A DNA stretch of 63,248 nucleotides, filler included, from Sphacelaria rigidula (GCA_964200075.2; 7 parts of 7 records of this genome joined end to end with filler, not necessarily neighbours in it), one strand, 5' to 3'; shown: positions 23,089-36,434, numbered from the whole stretch's first letter. Notes: generated by a model not told the origin, from the letters alone. Translations and numbers: made by a program.

Positions 23089-25861
23089 ATGGGGCGAAGA
23101 ACCGAAACAATCAGGGGGGTATTCACAGCAAGCAACTGCTGATATGAGCTGTTGATTGGGAGTAATGAGCGCCGATGTGTGCGTTACACACCAAGCCGAT
23201 GCTGCTGTTATACCCTCCCGTTGGTTTTAGCGGGAAAACCGAGATGCCGCACCTCGCTTCATGCTTTGAGTGACGCGAGTGCTACTTCGAACAAGAGCCG
23301 GATCCAGTGGTATGGATAGTTTAGACAGGTCCCAAATGAGGATGCTTGGATCTTTATGCCGCTGCATCGGTTGTCAAATCCACCCCACGCAACAGCTGCG
23401 GTGCGCTCGGTGATAGCCGCGCGATGTAGCAACGTTGTGTTTTCTTTAGCCATCATGTTACGGTTACGGTGAGATACCTGTGAATCCGCGATGGCGCTCG
23501 AATGAAGCAGGGATCACGGGAAAAAATAAAACAAAATGAGGGTATCTTCGCCAAGTACGGCTAAATTGTTCCGAAATGAGGGTGTGGTGATGTCAAATTA
23601 TTCCTTTCTGCAGACTGTACTGACTGTCGCAACTACAGTACAGTACAGGTGCCCAACGCACGGCACTAGCGCGACAGAACGTTGTTCGTCTCACCGAAAA
23701 TGAAAGAGTCCACAAACCCACGACGTTTTCAACAGAAGTGCAGACAGCACTGCGTGGGACTAAGATTGGTTTCGGTAGCGACGAACACAACAACAGGATC
23801 ACTGCTCATGCAATCTAAAACAGTGTTCGTGATTCGTGAATGTACCACAGCAGAACGGAGAGGAAAAGCTTCGACACCTGAGAGGGCTTGAAGGCTTTTG
23901 CTGTGAGACAGTAGGGAAACAAGATGTTCCATGGTTTAGTCCTCCGGCTGATTGTGGAAGGGTCTTCAAATTGAAGCAAACGCCAAGTGAACACTCCACT
24001 ATAGCCGCACTTCTTTCCATTCACCTTGGGTTATCCGGATCGATTTTGGGAAGGTTGACGTGAGATGCGAGCTTCACACGCTAATTAATTAAGCAGATTC
24101 GGGCCCGGTACATCTTCAGTATGCCGACTTGTGTACACCAGGCGGTCAGACCTCTGTCAATTACCCCACACTTGCATCTGGGCAAACTGATTATGTACAC
24201 AGGACCATACCCATGTTATCACACGGTAATTAAGTGACTGAGCTGTATTGAAATGTACTGAAATTCGGTACCGCTGATTCTGTATAGCTTTACGACAAAT
24301 ACTGTAGCGAATCCAGGCGGGCAGTCAGGTTGTGGTGACGCTACATCAGCCGTTCACCAACGCCAACCATACTTGAAGGGCCATATTTCAAAACCTGACA
24401 TATTGACTGTGATGCGGCTTCACAACGCCGCCGCGTACCGTTACTCGCCATGTACATGCAGGTTCACAGTGCTACCGCGTGTCAGGTAAAAATGATGTAA
24501 AGAAGGTGGCGGTTAAAACTAACGATGCGCGGTAGATCGAAACGTTCCGTCTTTCAAACCCTAAAACTTATCACGACCTGCCTTCGCGAGTCTCTATCAA
24601 ATTATGAATTACGCTTGCCGACAGACTGAGCAGACAATTGTCATTAACGGGAAGTTGCGAAGTTTGAATGGACGAAACACGGCACCCCCCCGGTCAGGGG
24701 GGGCAGGTCATTGAGTTGCGGGAGGTTCACTGTTATGAAAAATGGATGTACACCTCTGGATAGTTCGAGGTCTGGGGGATATCTGCTCCGATACTAGATT
24801 AAAACCAGACCAAACCGTGTAGTCTAGTTATGTTCACAACTTTTGAAGAAACCCAGCAAACAATCATCGGTTATGGTCCGCGATATATATGCGGGTTGAG
24901 AGGTGAACGTTTCCGTTCTAAAACGGTCGACAATCTAACGTGAAGCTCCTGTCGCGCGACCAGTGGGTAGTGTAACTAGCCCTTGCTGGTGAACGTTGTA
25001 CTAGTGTGTAGCAATTATGACCGTATCTACTAGAATGTACACAACGTTTCGATTACCCGCTCCATATTATCGAAAGCAAATAACACTGTGAATCAAGAGT
25101 GATTCACCATCAGTCATCAATAACTCAAGGAATGGGACCATTTACCCATGTTCACCCTGGCTGGGGTGATCAACTCAACACTGCCACGATTGGGCAGCTA
25201 CGGAGAGTGCTGCGAGACAAGATACCTGCACGAGGCCACCAGACGGACACTACACCATCTCCCGTTGTTTGTCCACTCTGCACCTATCGGCAATCAAATG
25301 CCAACGCGGTTTGTCTGTCTGTCCATGCTATGACCACAATCAGACAAGGCTGCGTTTGTCCGGGCAGGGCTTCTGGTCTTGAGGGTCTACGGGTTCCACA
25401 CATTCCTTTTTTTGCCGATGTATATCGAGAAGAAACCGACCAGGCGGTTGGCTGGTACTGAACAACGAAAGTAATATTTGTAGACGTTATGCACTATGCT
25501 AGCATGGAAGCCAGGCAACGTGTAAATGAATTGGGGAATGCGCGTGAGTCCGGAGTATGCGTGCGTTATAAAATAGGCTCACCTACATGCAGGCAGGAAA
25601 TCACAACATACAGGGAAACATGATGTTACATGAAGCTAGGGGGGGTATCACCTGCGACCACGTAAAATACCATGTTGTGCTATGCTTGCTTACACGCGGT
25701 GGCAGGTCAAATATTTCGCAAACAGCAATGGAACCGTTGAAGCTGTGTGATCTCCCGTACGCCTTGAAATAAAAACTTGCCCTCACGGGTGAGTGCACAG
25801 GATCGAAATGTGAAAGCCGATCGTGCAAGGAGCTGTGATATGAGACAGCTTCATGCTTGCT

Positions 25862-27045
25862 TTATAGCCGTGACAGGTCAAATCTTGTCGTGTAGACCTG
25901 AATGAGGAGCGTCACGGTGGATGCTAGGATTGCATGACTCTCTAGACTGCTTTACTAAATTTTCCCATGCAACAGCTGCTGTGTGCTTTCTGCTATGTGA
26001 TGCAGCTGAAAAGAGCAACACAACACTATGCCGTCTTCATCCATCAAGCTTGTGCTTACTGTATTTTCCACACGGGAGTTTTCATCACGTTTGCACACCA
26101 GAAACGGGATGGTGTATACATACGAGGTTGACAGTGAATATCAGTTGAACTCTTACTAATTCGAGTATAATCTATCTTCGTGCGCCGCTGGACGGACTAA
26201 CGTTAGACTTGTTCACAACTGACGCTGCTGTTGCTGTACGCTATGATTTTTGGAGTTTCATACAGCTGACTGAAATGGAACCACGGTACAATAATATATA
26301 TGCTGCTCCACACATACTCAAACTCAACAAGACCCGCTGAATTAAAAATCGCTTGTGTCTCCGCACATTGAGTTGTGATAACACCCTTGGGTTTTAGGAC
26401 ATGCTACCGTTTTATTTATTGTGATGCTCTTCAAATATGGCTGTACGAGATGACGGTACTGACTGATTACGGCCTGCACCATCTCCTCGATGAAATCGTT
26501 CACTTTGTACTCAGTCTAACAGTGCATGAGTAATGTGCTTTCATTGTGGGAGCAAAACTGTTCCGAATCACCATCGAATATCAAATGTCGGACTCTGCAT
26601 GCGGAAGAACCTCTGCCGTGTACTGTCTATTCGAGACTATATACTGTGGGGACACATGAGGTAGTAATGGCCGTGTTGCCTGAGTGAAACTACTCAACGC
26701 GATATCAACGAGCAGATGGGAGTTAACGAACTGCCTGCGGAAAAGATACACAGGAGCTATCGAGATGTTGTCGGCTACAACTAGTAACGAGTACAGCATA
26801 TACATTTAGGAACGCGAACCACTTGCTAGAGCATCTCATGTATGGCCACGGATGCAACGGTGAAAGAATGTCATTTTTACTCTCTATATACTTCGCAAAT
26901 TCACGAAACTGCTCGTGTGACCGTAATGCCATACTGGTTATGCATACATGCTACAAGGCACGATACCATGTGAGCCAATTTGTCGTGAACGGAAATTGCA
27001 AAGCTTGAATCAACATGAGGTATTTACCCTATCCCGGTCAAGGGG
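25862..27045. repeat. Third piece of the dispersed repeat family
   Basis: Reverse-complement blocks of 14790-14985, 13920-14340 and 13420-13840. Its right end also matches 18150-18280 in direct orientation. Confidence 0.8.
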
Positions 27046-28246
27046 GGGGGGGNNNNNNNNNNNNNNNNNNNNNNNNNNNNNNNNNNNNNNNNNNNNTTAA
27101 TTAATTAANNNNNNNNNNNNNNNNNNNNNNNNNNNNNNNNNNNNNNNNNNNNCCACCCAAGTCCACAAACAACTTCCGCATCAATGTTTCTCCCGTCCCC
27201 CTTCCCCCCCCAAAGCACGGGGGGGGGGGGGGGGGGGGGGGGGGTTCAAAGTGCGACAAAAAATACATACTTGATGATCATTTGATAATGAATTGATGAA
27301 ATTATGTTGCATTGTAGTCGTGGCAATAGACCACAGAGGGCATTTATTGATAGGCATTGTATACCAGAGTGGATCCCGGTATGTATTATCGACGACAGCC
27401 ATTGCCATCGTCAGACTTTGTATGCAATCTATCAATAGCCATTGCCCTCATCAGTAGACTTGGCAGAGTCTATCGATAGCCGCTGCCGTCGTAAATAGAT
27501 GAGGGACGCTATCCATATTTTCGGTCGGCGGCAATAGTTTTCGGCGTAGGACCACGAAAGACCGCTGCCTGGGCAGTAGTGTGGGAAAGGGGTCTACAGA
27601 TAAATCGTGCCGACGACAATAGACGAACTTGTCGGCCGACAAGCATTACTTTTGCGACATATTATATCGCTATTGCAATAGACGCCGTCTGTCGTTCAGG
27701 GTGTGGTGGGTATTGATGCTCCAAATGGGAGAAAAAGTACTGTTGGAAAATGCTTTGAAGTTTACGCAGTCTTGTCTGGCTTCCGGAGCCAGTACGGAAT
27801 TCCTCGAAATCGAGAAAAAACGTGTTCGCGTCTAAGAGTAGTCTGAAGAATATGTGTACCACGTTTCGTTGCGTAACTCAAAATATTGACGCTGGGGGGT
27901 GTCAAACGTACCCGAACAGTCGTTTCTGTACCTGAATCAAGTAGGTAGGAGTTTGTACCTTTTAATCTCACTTCATCGTACTAAGGCGCAAAACCTCATG
28001 GCGCTTCTTGGAGTTTTGACTCTGAAACTTTGCACACGTTTACTGTGGGCTATCACAAAGCTTTCTGCGAGAGATTTTTTTGCAGGTTATTGGGGGTCCT
28101 AAAAGGGCATATGACCCCCAGGACCCTGGGACCCCCGTGGCGTTTTCTAAACGTCCATAAAAAATTCGTGATGCCCCATAGTGTATCTGTGCACAAATAT
28201 TGAAAGGGTCCATGAGAACGGCGGGAGGTTTTGCCGATGAATGTTT

Positions 28247-28387
28247 CACACCCTGGACACTAATACATTGCATTGTCAAGAAGTATACTGCGTACAGTAT
28301 CGACTATTGCGTATATTGCAGTAGAGAATGGATTCTATACTGTACGCAGTACGATGTGCGACGATGCAATCTACTGTCCAGGGTGTG
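28247..28387. mobile_element. Short palindromic MITE with CACACCCTGGACA TIRs (CMC/CACTA-like)
   Basis: CACACCCTGGACA...TGTCCAGGGTGTG with internal TACTGCGTACAGTAT / ATACTGTACGCAGTA symmetry. No TSD seen. Confidence 0.65.
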
Positions 28388-29051
28388 GAATGTCTTTGGG
28401 GTGATGAGCGTGAACCAGCCTGAAACGAGTTTTCTGGCGCAGTGACCCTCGAAAATCTCAAGAACGTGGCCTTGACGGTCGCGGATATGCCCCGATGAAA
28501 GATCATAGATAATGAGTTGCTGCTACACTGTTCACGTACTGTTGTACCTTTCACCAAAATCTCAGCACAACTCCCCATGCCAATAAAACTTCCCGGTTGA
28601 CAACACCTCAATTTCTTCGTCAGAGCATCTTTTACAGTCATTCTGAGCACTCACAACGACTGTACAGTACGCTATTTCCAGCGACAAACGCCGAAGTTGT
28701 TATTAGTAGTCGTAGCTTGCATGGATACGAGCAAATACTGCTTGTTGACAGTAAGTGGCGGAATATTTTGTGACAGTATTGAGACGTGGAGATCAGCGGT
28801 GAAGGGTTTGAGTTTGAAAAAGCAAAGCAAATTGTACATGCGACTTTCAACGAGGTTGGGCTCGCCGGGTTCATTGTCCGTCGCGCAGTTGAGATACTTG
28901 AACCCTCGAAGCCGGTGTTGGTTCTGGTACCACACCGCAATCCGCGTGACGTGTACTGTATGTCGTAAAGCCGTAAGGACCAGAAATCAAATTTTGAATC
29001 ATCCGTCGCCACCTTCCCTTGTTTTCGCTCGTTGCCTTTGCCATTCTCCAG

Positions 29052-32000
29052 AAAAAAATCAAAAGCATGACGAGTGCTGTGAAAGACCATTCACCATCAG
29101 ACACCACACCGGAAGCTCTGTCCAAGTAAGTTCGGGTTCGCCGTGGGTGCTGACGGCATACGAAGTATATCTCTGTGCATCCTTCCCCGCGGTCGTTGCT
29201 GCAATATCTTCTGGCTGTTTCAGCCCATTTTCCAACAGCCATCAACTCGACGCGTGTTGCCCTGGCTTTCTCTGTAACCGATTGCTTTTTCCGCAGTTCA
29301 CGAAGCGAGGTAGAATTCTTCCGGCTCATGGACTACGAGATTCGCCGCGGTGCTCAGTTCTTGTCGCTTGCGGAGGGACAGTACGTGCTCAAAACTAGGT
29401 ACGAGTCACTGGATAATTATCAGACGTTGTGCGTACACAAAGAGTTCGCGTGGTCGACCGTGCGCTGAAGACGCAAGCTGCACAATGGAAGAGGCGCCAT
29501 GATTTCGAAGAGTCGTTCCTGTGTTGCGGCTTTCGGAGTGAGTAGATTCGCTCTGTGCTCGCACAGCCGAACCGGTACCTGTGGCTTCTTGATGACCCAT
29601 GCGTTCAAGTGAATAGAACTGCTCCCTCCCCCCTGCCTCCCGGTGTTGTTTTGCTATTTCAGAAAGTACCGGCAGAGACAGTTTCTCATGCTACCAACAC
29701 CCATGTTATGTGCTGAGGCATAGTGGGCATGGTTCCACGGGTACGGTTTGACCCTCGATTATGTTTGCCCTGTCTACCGAATGCTTGCAATGACGAATCG
29801 ACACCGTTGCACTGTGCTTGCCGATACCCGATTCCACCCGATTACTCGTGCACGCGTATCGTGTAGGGCTGTTCTAGACGGATACCGCACGACGCAACAC
29901 ATCCTGGAGAGCCCAATGCTGGGGTTGACCGGCATGCTTTCACAGGCGGCGACGACCGACATGTGGATACGTCTTTTACATTCCTGCGTCAGCGTGAGTT
30001 TCTCCCGTGCGGTTATGGTCTTGATTGGTGTGAACGCTGCAAACGGCTCGGTGGATGTTTACAGTCAAGTGCGTGCGGTGTTGGTCGTAGGGAGAATACT
30101 GCTATATCCCCGCGAATGTGGGAAAGTGCTCCAAGGGTGCGGAACAGTGGTCAGGCAAGCAGCCAACCTGAAAGCGAATCATAGGGCGCAGCACGTAGCT
30201 TTCGAGTGTGTTCATGCGCGTGATTATTTGTCGGTAATTGACGGATTTATCAGTATGCTGCAGACTGCTCTTCCAGACACTCCACTCGCATGGTGCAGAA
30301 ATATATCGATTGGTCTCATACCATACGAATATTTGCAACTGGTGCTGTCAACTCAGCGTCGTTGTCGTGTGATGTTTCCTGTATGCCTTGTACTGCGCGT
30401 TATTGCGAGAGCAGGTTTACGCGGAGCTGCTTCTGCTCAACCACTGGATGGTGCTGAGCTACTGTGGCTTCACCAAAATTCTCAAGAAGCATGACCGCTG
30501 GACGGGCTTTATGACCAAAGAGAAGTACCTGCGCAGCGTGATGAAGCAGCACTTCACCAGCTACCCGCGACTTCACGGCATGCTCCGAGATATGGAAGCA
30601 CTCTACTGCCATATCTCAAAGGTATGCCCACGACACTCTCGAAGCAGCTTCACGTTGTGAAAATAAACGCCCTGGACAATTTATGGTCAATAGATGCAAT
30701 AGGTAAGAAGTATACTGGGTAAAGTATAGACCTAGTGCAACTACTGTCGGTCGTCAGTAGTTGCGATAGGTCTATACTTTACCCGGTACATGTCTTGTCT
30801 AATGCATCTATATTTTTTTACCATAGATTGTCCAGGGTGTGAAAAAGCAGCAGCAGTTATGCCGGATCCCCAATCGACGCATCGCCGTGGTCAAGGGGTT
30901 CGTGTCAAGCGTGTAGGGTCGCGCCTCACCCCCGCTTTGTCCATTGGCGCGTGCAGTTGGTCGCGAGAAAGTCGGCTTGGGCGCACACGTGCGTTGAGAC
31001 GTTGACTCAATTTCGTACTGATAGTAAATATACTGTGCACTGACTATGTTCTCACCACTGTAGTGCCCTTGCCCCTGCGCTTGCTTCTTTGCAAATAATG
31101 ATATTTCCTGCAGCATGTCCAGGACTGCCCGGAGAGGGTAGCGGCCCACGCCAGGATAGTGGCGGTAAAGGAAGCCGTAGCTTCCGCCTCAAGGGAGTTC
31201 TCCAAGTATACCACACAGCTGACCAGCGTTATCTTGGGTGAGTGTGCGGGTATACTTCTCGGTTGCCCGGCAGTGCCATGTTTGAAAGGCACGTGTGCAG
31301 TGTGAGTATTCTGTTGGAAGCACTTGATGGGGGATCAGAGGAGGCGTCATGCCGTGGCTCGTGTCGTTATGGACAGCGTTTGTGGCTTGTGTAATTTGTG
31401 GGATCCGCTCTTGAACTCTCTCACGATCACTTTGGATTTACATTTGCCGAGGACCTCTCTCGAGTACGGTTCATTGGAGGGTTATGCAGAGCATCACATC
31501 TCTGCTGCTCATGCACCCCTTGTGTATATTTTTGCGGTTTCGTGAATCTTAGTGGTTGAATTGTGACCCCTGCTCTGCTCTGGGTATCTTTCAATGCCTG
31601 TGCGGGGTTACAGTCGTCGACGCACGACGTCTCTTGTTTTTCGCCCATGCACTTGCTCACGATTCTCGCACCGCGCACTATTGATAATAACCCCCAGTTC
31701 TCCCACACGGTCTACTCGATCTCCGACTGAACGCCACGACACTAAATAAACCGAAGAGCGACCCTAACCCTAGTACTAAACCCCAACCGCCACATTACAC
31801 AACCCCTGCGTGCCCATGACCTGGTAGGAAGGACAGGCAGTACGGCAAGAGCAAGTGGGGGTTCTGGGGCAGAAAACGAGCGCGCCAAGGGTAATGGTGA
31901 GGCCGGCACAGGCAGCAGTTTGGACAACGCCGCTGCAGCCGAGTCTGTCCGTCCACCCACCGGCGTGATGAAAGGGACTGACGAAACAAACCGCGGCGAT

Positions 32001-32528
32001 CACGAGACCTCAACGATCAAGGCCTGTAGCCGCGGCGAAGGGTCGAATGAGAGCAGCGGGAGTGGCTCGGTTCGCGAGAATAGCAGCGGCCCACCGGAAA
32101 CGAAGAGGAGAAAACTGTCCAAGCTTACTATTTCCACCAGGGTCTTGACCAGTGCTGCTACCGCTGCGTCCAACCGAGCGGAGATCGGTAAGCTGTCAGC
32201 AGAGCTGCCTTCCACGGGAGAATCGATGAAGGCAAGCGAGGGTACCACGGTCCCCGCAAAGAGCGACACGGGTAGCGGTGGAAACCAGACTGCTGGAGCG
32301 GCTGGTGAAGCGGGTGTTGTCGGTGGTTCAGCTCAGAATTGCTGCGGGGTCGATTGTGTCGAGAATAGCGGGGGCGACGGGGGGGGGGCAGTCAGTGAGG
32401 GTGGGCGTAGTCAAGATAATGCGGTAGAGTTGCTGCAGCAATTTGCGCGGGATGGCGGTGCGGCAAATAATCGGGGTAAGCCGCCCGGGGCAGCAAGGGC
32501 GGGAGACACGGAGACGGACTTGGGGTAA
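29052..32528 (+). CDS. SPX-domain protein with long low-complexity C-terminal tail; exons 29052-29125, 29297-29398, 29867-29993, 30415-30621, 31114-31237, 31828-32528; 5' exon(s) unresolved
   Basis: All introns are GT-AG with consistent phases (1335 nt, 444 codons plus stop). Translation KKIKS...SEVEFFRLMDYEIRRGAQFLSLAEGQY...YAELLLLNHWMVLSYCGFTKILKKHDRWTG...VMKQHF matches SPX helices including the GFxKILKKxD lysine cluster. Confidence 0.88.
30666..30841. mobile_element. Palindromic MITE of the CACACCCTGGACA family inside an SPX intron
   Basis: ACGCCCTGGACAATTTATGGT...ACCATAGATTGTCCAGGGTGTG with inner arms GGGTAAAGTATAGACCTA / TAGGTCTATACTTTACCC. Confidence 0.75.
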
Positions 32529-35230
32529 AGAGAAGAAGGGCTTCGCGTTGGCCATGGAAATTTTGTGTTGCGAGCGCTGCTGATTGCGCCACGTTGACTG
32601 AAATTTCGAGGATGTTGCGATATGGAAGGGACCCGTCTTGTCTTTGTGTCGTTGGCTCTTCTGTGAAGCCCTACTGGCTTGTTGACGAATCCTTACATGA
32701 TTTTTGCATTGAATAACCCCGTGCTGCAATGCACGGGTTCGTGTGTATTTGCTTGCCTCGCTGACCTTGGTGTGAGTGATCCCCGTGACAGTGATCGCTG
32801 TCTTACGCCATGCCCTTCGGTAGTAAGGCTCGGTACAGCGTGGTGATGGTTGCCTGTAGAACGTTTTCCGGGTTTTACTCCCCGGCTCTCCATTGATGTT
32901 TATGCCGGCGCTGGGTATTTTTAATCTGCTCTGCTGGCCGTTGTCCTGTTCGTTTGCTGTGCTTGCGTTGCCTTTTTTGTGTGGTGTATGTGCTCGTCGT
33001 TTCTTATTATCGCATTATTGTATTCCGGCAATGCTGCCCTTATATCCCCCACTATTTTGCCTAGGCAGTGCGACGAGTGTTGACAAGTTGGTGCCTGCAG
33101 CTCCACAAGCAGCTAATTGTTATACCGCTGCCAGTTAACGCGGCCCGACTCGTGGAGTGCTGCGGCTTTCGTTGTTAATGAGAAATAGGGAGGGCTAAAA
33201 TGCGGTGAAACTGGGGAATTGATGTGCTTTCATTGAACATAGTGTTACACTGTGCTGTGGATGACAGGTAAGATTTGATAGAGAAAGATAAAGAGGCGTT
33301 TTGGTCAGCAATAGTACAGTTGTGATATTACGCTGTGAGGAAGGAATCTTGTAGTTCAGTTTGGCGTGTTTCATTTGATTTTAGTTTGACTGTGTCCAGT
33401 GTTCATCTAGTGAACACACGTTGGATACATGGTGTATCCAGAGCTGGCCACAGATTTTAGGGTCGACTTTGTAGTAAAGCATACATTTCGCACTTATAAG
33501 TAGGCTTGGACTTCCCTCCGTTTTGTGATATCCGTGGGTCGCACAATAAAATTCACTGCTTGTGCCATCTAGATGTGTGTTGAGAAGCGACGGGGAGAAA
33601 TTAATGTCAAAATTGCTTCTAGTCGACCCTGTGGCTGCGAGGCATTTCAGGGATCTTTACTGCACAAGTGCTGATTGGTACCTGAAAACCAACTCACAGA
33701 ATTCCGCAGTGGACATCCATTCAAACAAACCTATGCCTTTGCCAGGAGGTGACACATGGGTGAAAAGTTGCATCCCAATTATTCAGGCAAGCCCAAATTA
33801 GTGGGGGGGGCGGCGTGTACTCATAATCTCGCAGGCTGTAGAATCATTGACGTCGCATCCCTACAAAGCCGAGACGGAGCGAGTCCGATTTTCGCCGAAC
33901 CAGGCTTGCAGTCACAAGCGGGTGGGGGGGTGGGGGTCGGGGACTCTAAATCCAGGAAAATAGGATGCCGGGTCTAGTTAGATGATATATTGAAGTTGGT
34001 TGATGTGTTGAGGGCATGTTATTGGACTCGGAGCAAGGTTGAGCAGTATCCTGTTTTCGAGATATTGTTACGAGTTGACCGTGGGTCAGAAAGATCGCAC
34101 TGATACTGCGGAAACGAAGTCAGTGCGGCCAAGGTGTTGCGGCTGGATTTTCGAGTTGCCTGAAGGCTACCTTGCACCCCATGGAAGGTTGAGGAGATGA
34201 TTTGTTCACCCAACACATCATCACGGTACGTTCGATCGCTCCTGCAGACAATCAGCTTCTTGCAGGGGCCTTCATACTGCTTTTATGGTGGTTTCCAGCC
34301 AATAATTGAATTTTCAAAAAACTTCTCTGTAACGCTCTTTGTAAAGTCATGAAGGGGAGGGAGAGGGTAGAGATATAGATGTACCACCCCCCTTGCTTTA
34401 CGCGTTGTACTCAACAAGGTTGCTATGCTGATTTCCTTGCAACGTGCTGTTTGCACTGTTCAACACGCCCTATATGGAGATTGAGATGTAACCTACTTGA
34501 GGTTGTATCATATGCTGATTTTTTTAGGGTACGCAATAGTATTGCCGAAGTGGCCACACTGTAGGTTTCTGCGTCTACCGCCAGGTAGGTCCGGCGTCTC
34601 TTTGGGGTATAAGCGGTACGCCGATGTAGAACGGGTAAGCATCTCCGACATTCAACAGCCCGAAATGTTTCGAACAGTTCTTATTTGTGTCTCTCGCAAC
34701 TTGCCGATCGTTACTTCGGAGGTCATTATCAAATTTTCATCAGACTCAGTGCGCTTCTTTTAGTGTAAAAATGGACTCTCTGAGAACTGCCTTTTTTTAG
34801 CCTTCCACAGCGGAGTTTCGACGGTATACGGGCCTTGGCAGATTGAGCTTCCTCGTAAAGTTTTGCTACACTTTCCGAAAGGATTTTAGCGTATTTTTCC
34901 GATTATTCGTGCGCCCAGTTTTACTTTTGACCGGATTCCCGATTTTTTCGGTCGCCCCAAAAATCGGAAAAGTGCGCTAGAATCCTCTTGGAAAACATGG
35001 CAAATATTTCCGAGAACGCCCAATCCGTCAAGGTCCGTATTCCGTCGAAAACCCGCGATGAAAGGCTCAAGAAGGGCAGTTCTCAGAGACTCCGTTTTCA
35101 GACTAAAAGAAGCGGCCTCAACAATTGCGCAACGACCACAACGGGAAAAATGCACGTCTAACAAACCAGCAAGGGCGAAAGACAAACTAGATACGAGCTG
35201 GGCCAGCCGTTAAGCGAACTTGTAGTTTGC

Positions 35231-35462
35231 AGGCCCGATGTACGGCCAATATTTGGAGTTGGACCCTGAAATTTGGTATGGACAATGAATAGCGCATCAT
35301 AAAAACAAATACGAGTGTACACAAGCTTTTTTTTTCAATCTGTTTCTCCTCTTGACTCCTGAAAAAAAAACGTGTGCACTCGTATTTGTTTTTATTATGC
35401 CCTATTCATTGTACATACCAAATTTCAGGGTACAACTCCAAATATTGGCCGTACAATGGGCC
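35231..35462. repeat. Inverted repeat, ~90-bp arms (35231-35321, 35372-35462)
   Basis: TGTACGGCCAATATTTGGAGTTG.ACCCTGAAATTTGGTATG.ACAATGAATAG...AAAAACAAATACGAGTG mirrored after a ~50-nt spacer. Confidence 0.85.
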
Positions 35463-35629
35463 GTTTAGTTACGGGGTCAGAAGAATTTCGGAACAGTATT
35501 TTGAGAGCCATTTACCGGCCCATGTTTGGTGTCTGTGTATTGAAACTTTGTGTGGGCCGTGGCCAGGGCATAATTGACGAGACGAAGTGGGTCAGGTTGA
35601 TTTTTTTTCCACTGGTTTAGGGCGTTTTA

Positions 35630-35809
35630 GGCCAACTCTTATGGGAGCGTCGTTTGCAATTTTATTTTGCAACAATTGCAGAGGAGTTTTTTTTTCTTTG
35701 TCATCATGGTGAACGAGCACAAAATACACAACCACGGCAAAGAAAAGAAAAAAAAATCGTTCAAAATTATTCCAAAATCAAATTCTAAACGCTCCCATAA
35801 GAGTTGGCC
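35630..35809. mobile_element. Tourist-like MITE with TTA TSD
   Basis: Perfect 21-bp TIR GGCCAACTCTTATGGGAGCGT / ACGCTCCCATAAGAGTTGGCC flanked by TTA on both sides. Confidence 0.88.
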
Positions 35810-36202
35810 TTAGTATGGTAACGATCATTTTTTTAAGAGAACGCCCGAACCTTTCCCCCAAAAACAAATTGAGGGCCCATTTTTTTTATTCAGCATACCT
35901 CTGTGGTTCTTTATCCCTTGTTTCAAATCACAACTCTGAAAAAGCTGTTTTATCAGCTTTATTATGCACTAGCGGTTCTCCATACAAAACTCCATACGTC
36001 GGACGAGCACGAGTGTGACTCGTGGCACTCGCACTCGTTGGGCTGCTCGTTGGCGGTAAAATTTAATAGAGCGAGCACTCGAGTCATCGCGCGTCGGGGA
36101 AANNNNNNNNNNNNNNNNNNNNNNNNNNNNNNNNNNNNNNNNNNNNTTAATTAATTAANNNNNNNNNNNNNNNNNNNNNNNNNNNNNNNNNNNNNNNNNN
36201 NN

Positions 36203-36434
36203 GCAAAACACAAGTGGTAATCGAAGCCATGCCAGTATTGCCTCTACCACTGCGGGGCAGCTGTGCGTAACGCCCACGCGTACGTAGTGGCGGAGCCACT
36301 TTCCCCATTCTTCACGAAGGTGTCCGCAAAACACAAGTGGTAATCGAAGCCATGCCAGTATTGCCTCTACCACTGCGGGGCAGCTGTGCGTAACGCCCAC
36401 GCGTACGTAGTGGCGGAGCCACTTTCCCCATTCT
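36203..36434. repeat. Perfect 123-bp tandem repeat at contig start (about 1.9 units visible)
   Basis: GCAAAACACAAGTGGTAATCGAAGCC...CCCCATTCTTC repeats exactly at 36203 and 36326. Confidence 0.92.

Noticed and set aside
27899..27944. SNVPEQSFLYLNQ as SPX first exon
   Set aside because: In-frame stop just upstream, no ATG, no YKxLK, and donor phase does not fit.
29748..30494. 248-aa single ORF (and 28697-29398)
   Set aside because: Read-through of SPX exons and introns; explained by the spliced model.
33820..33870. LAGCRIIDVASLQ resembling a Mutator-like transposase N-terminal motif
   Set aside because: Too short and no downstream Cys or DDE motifs could be followed.
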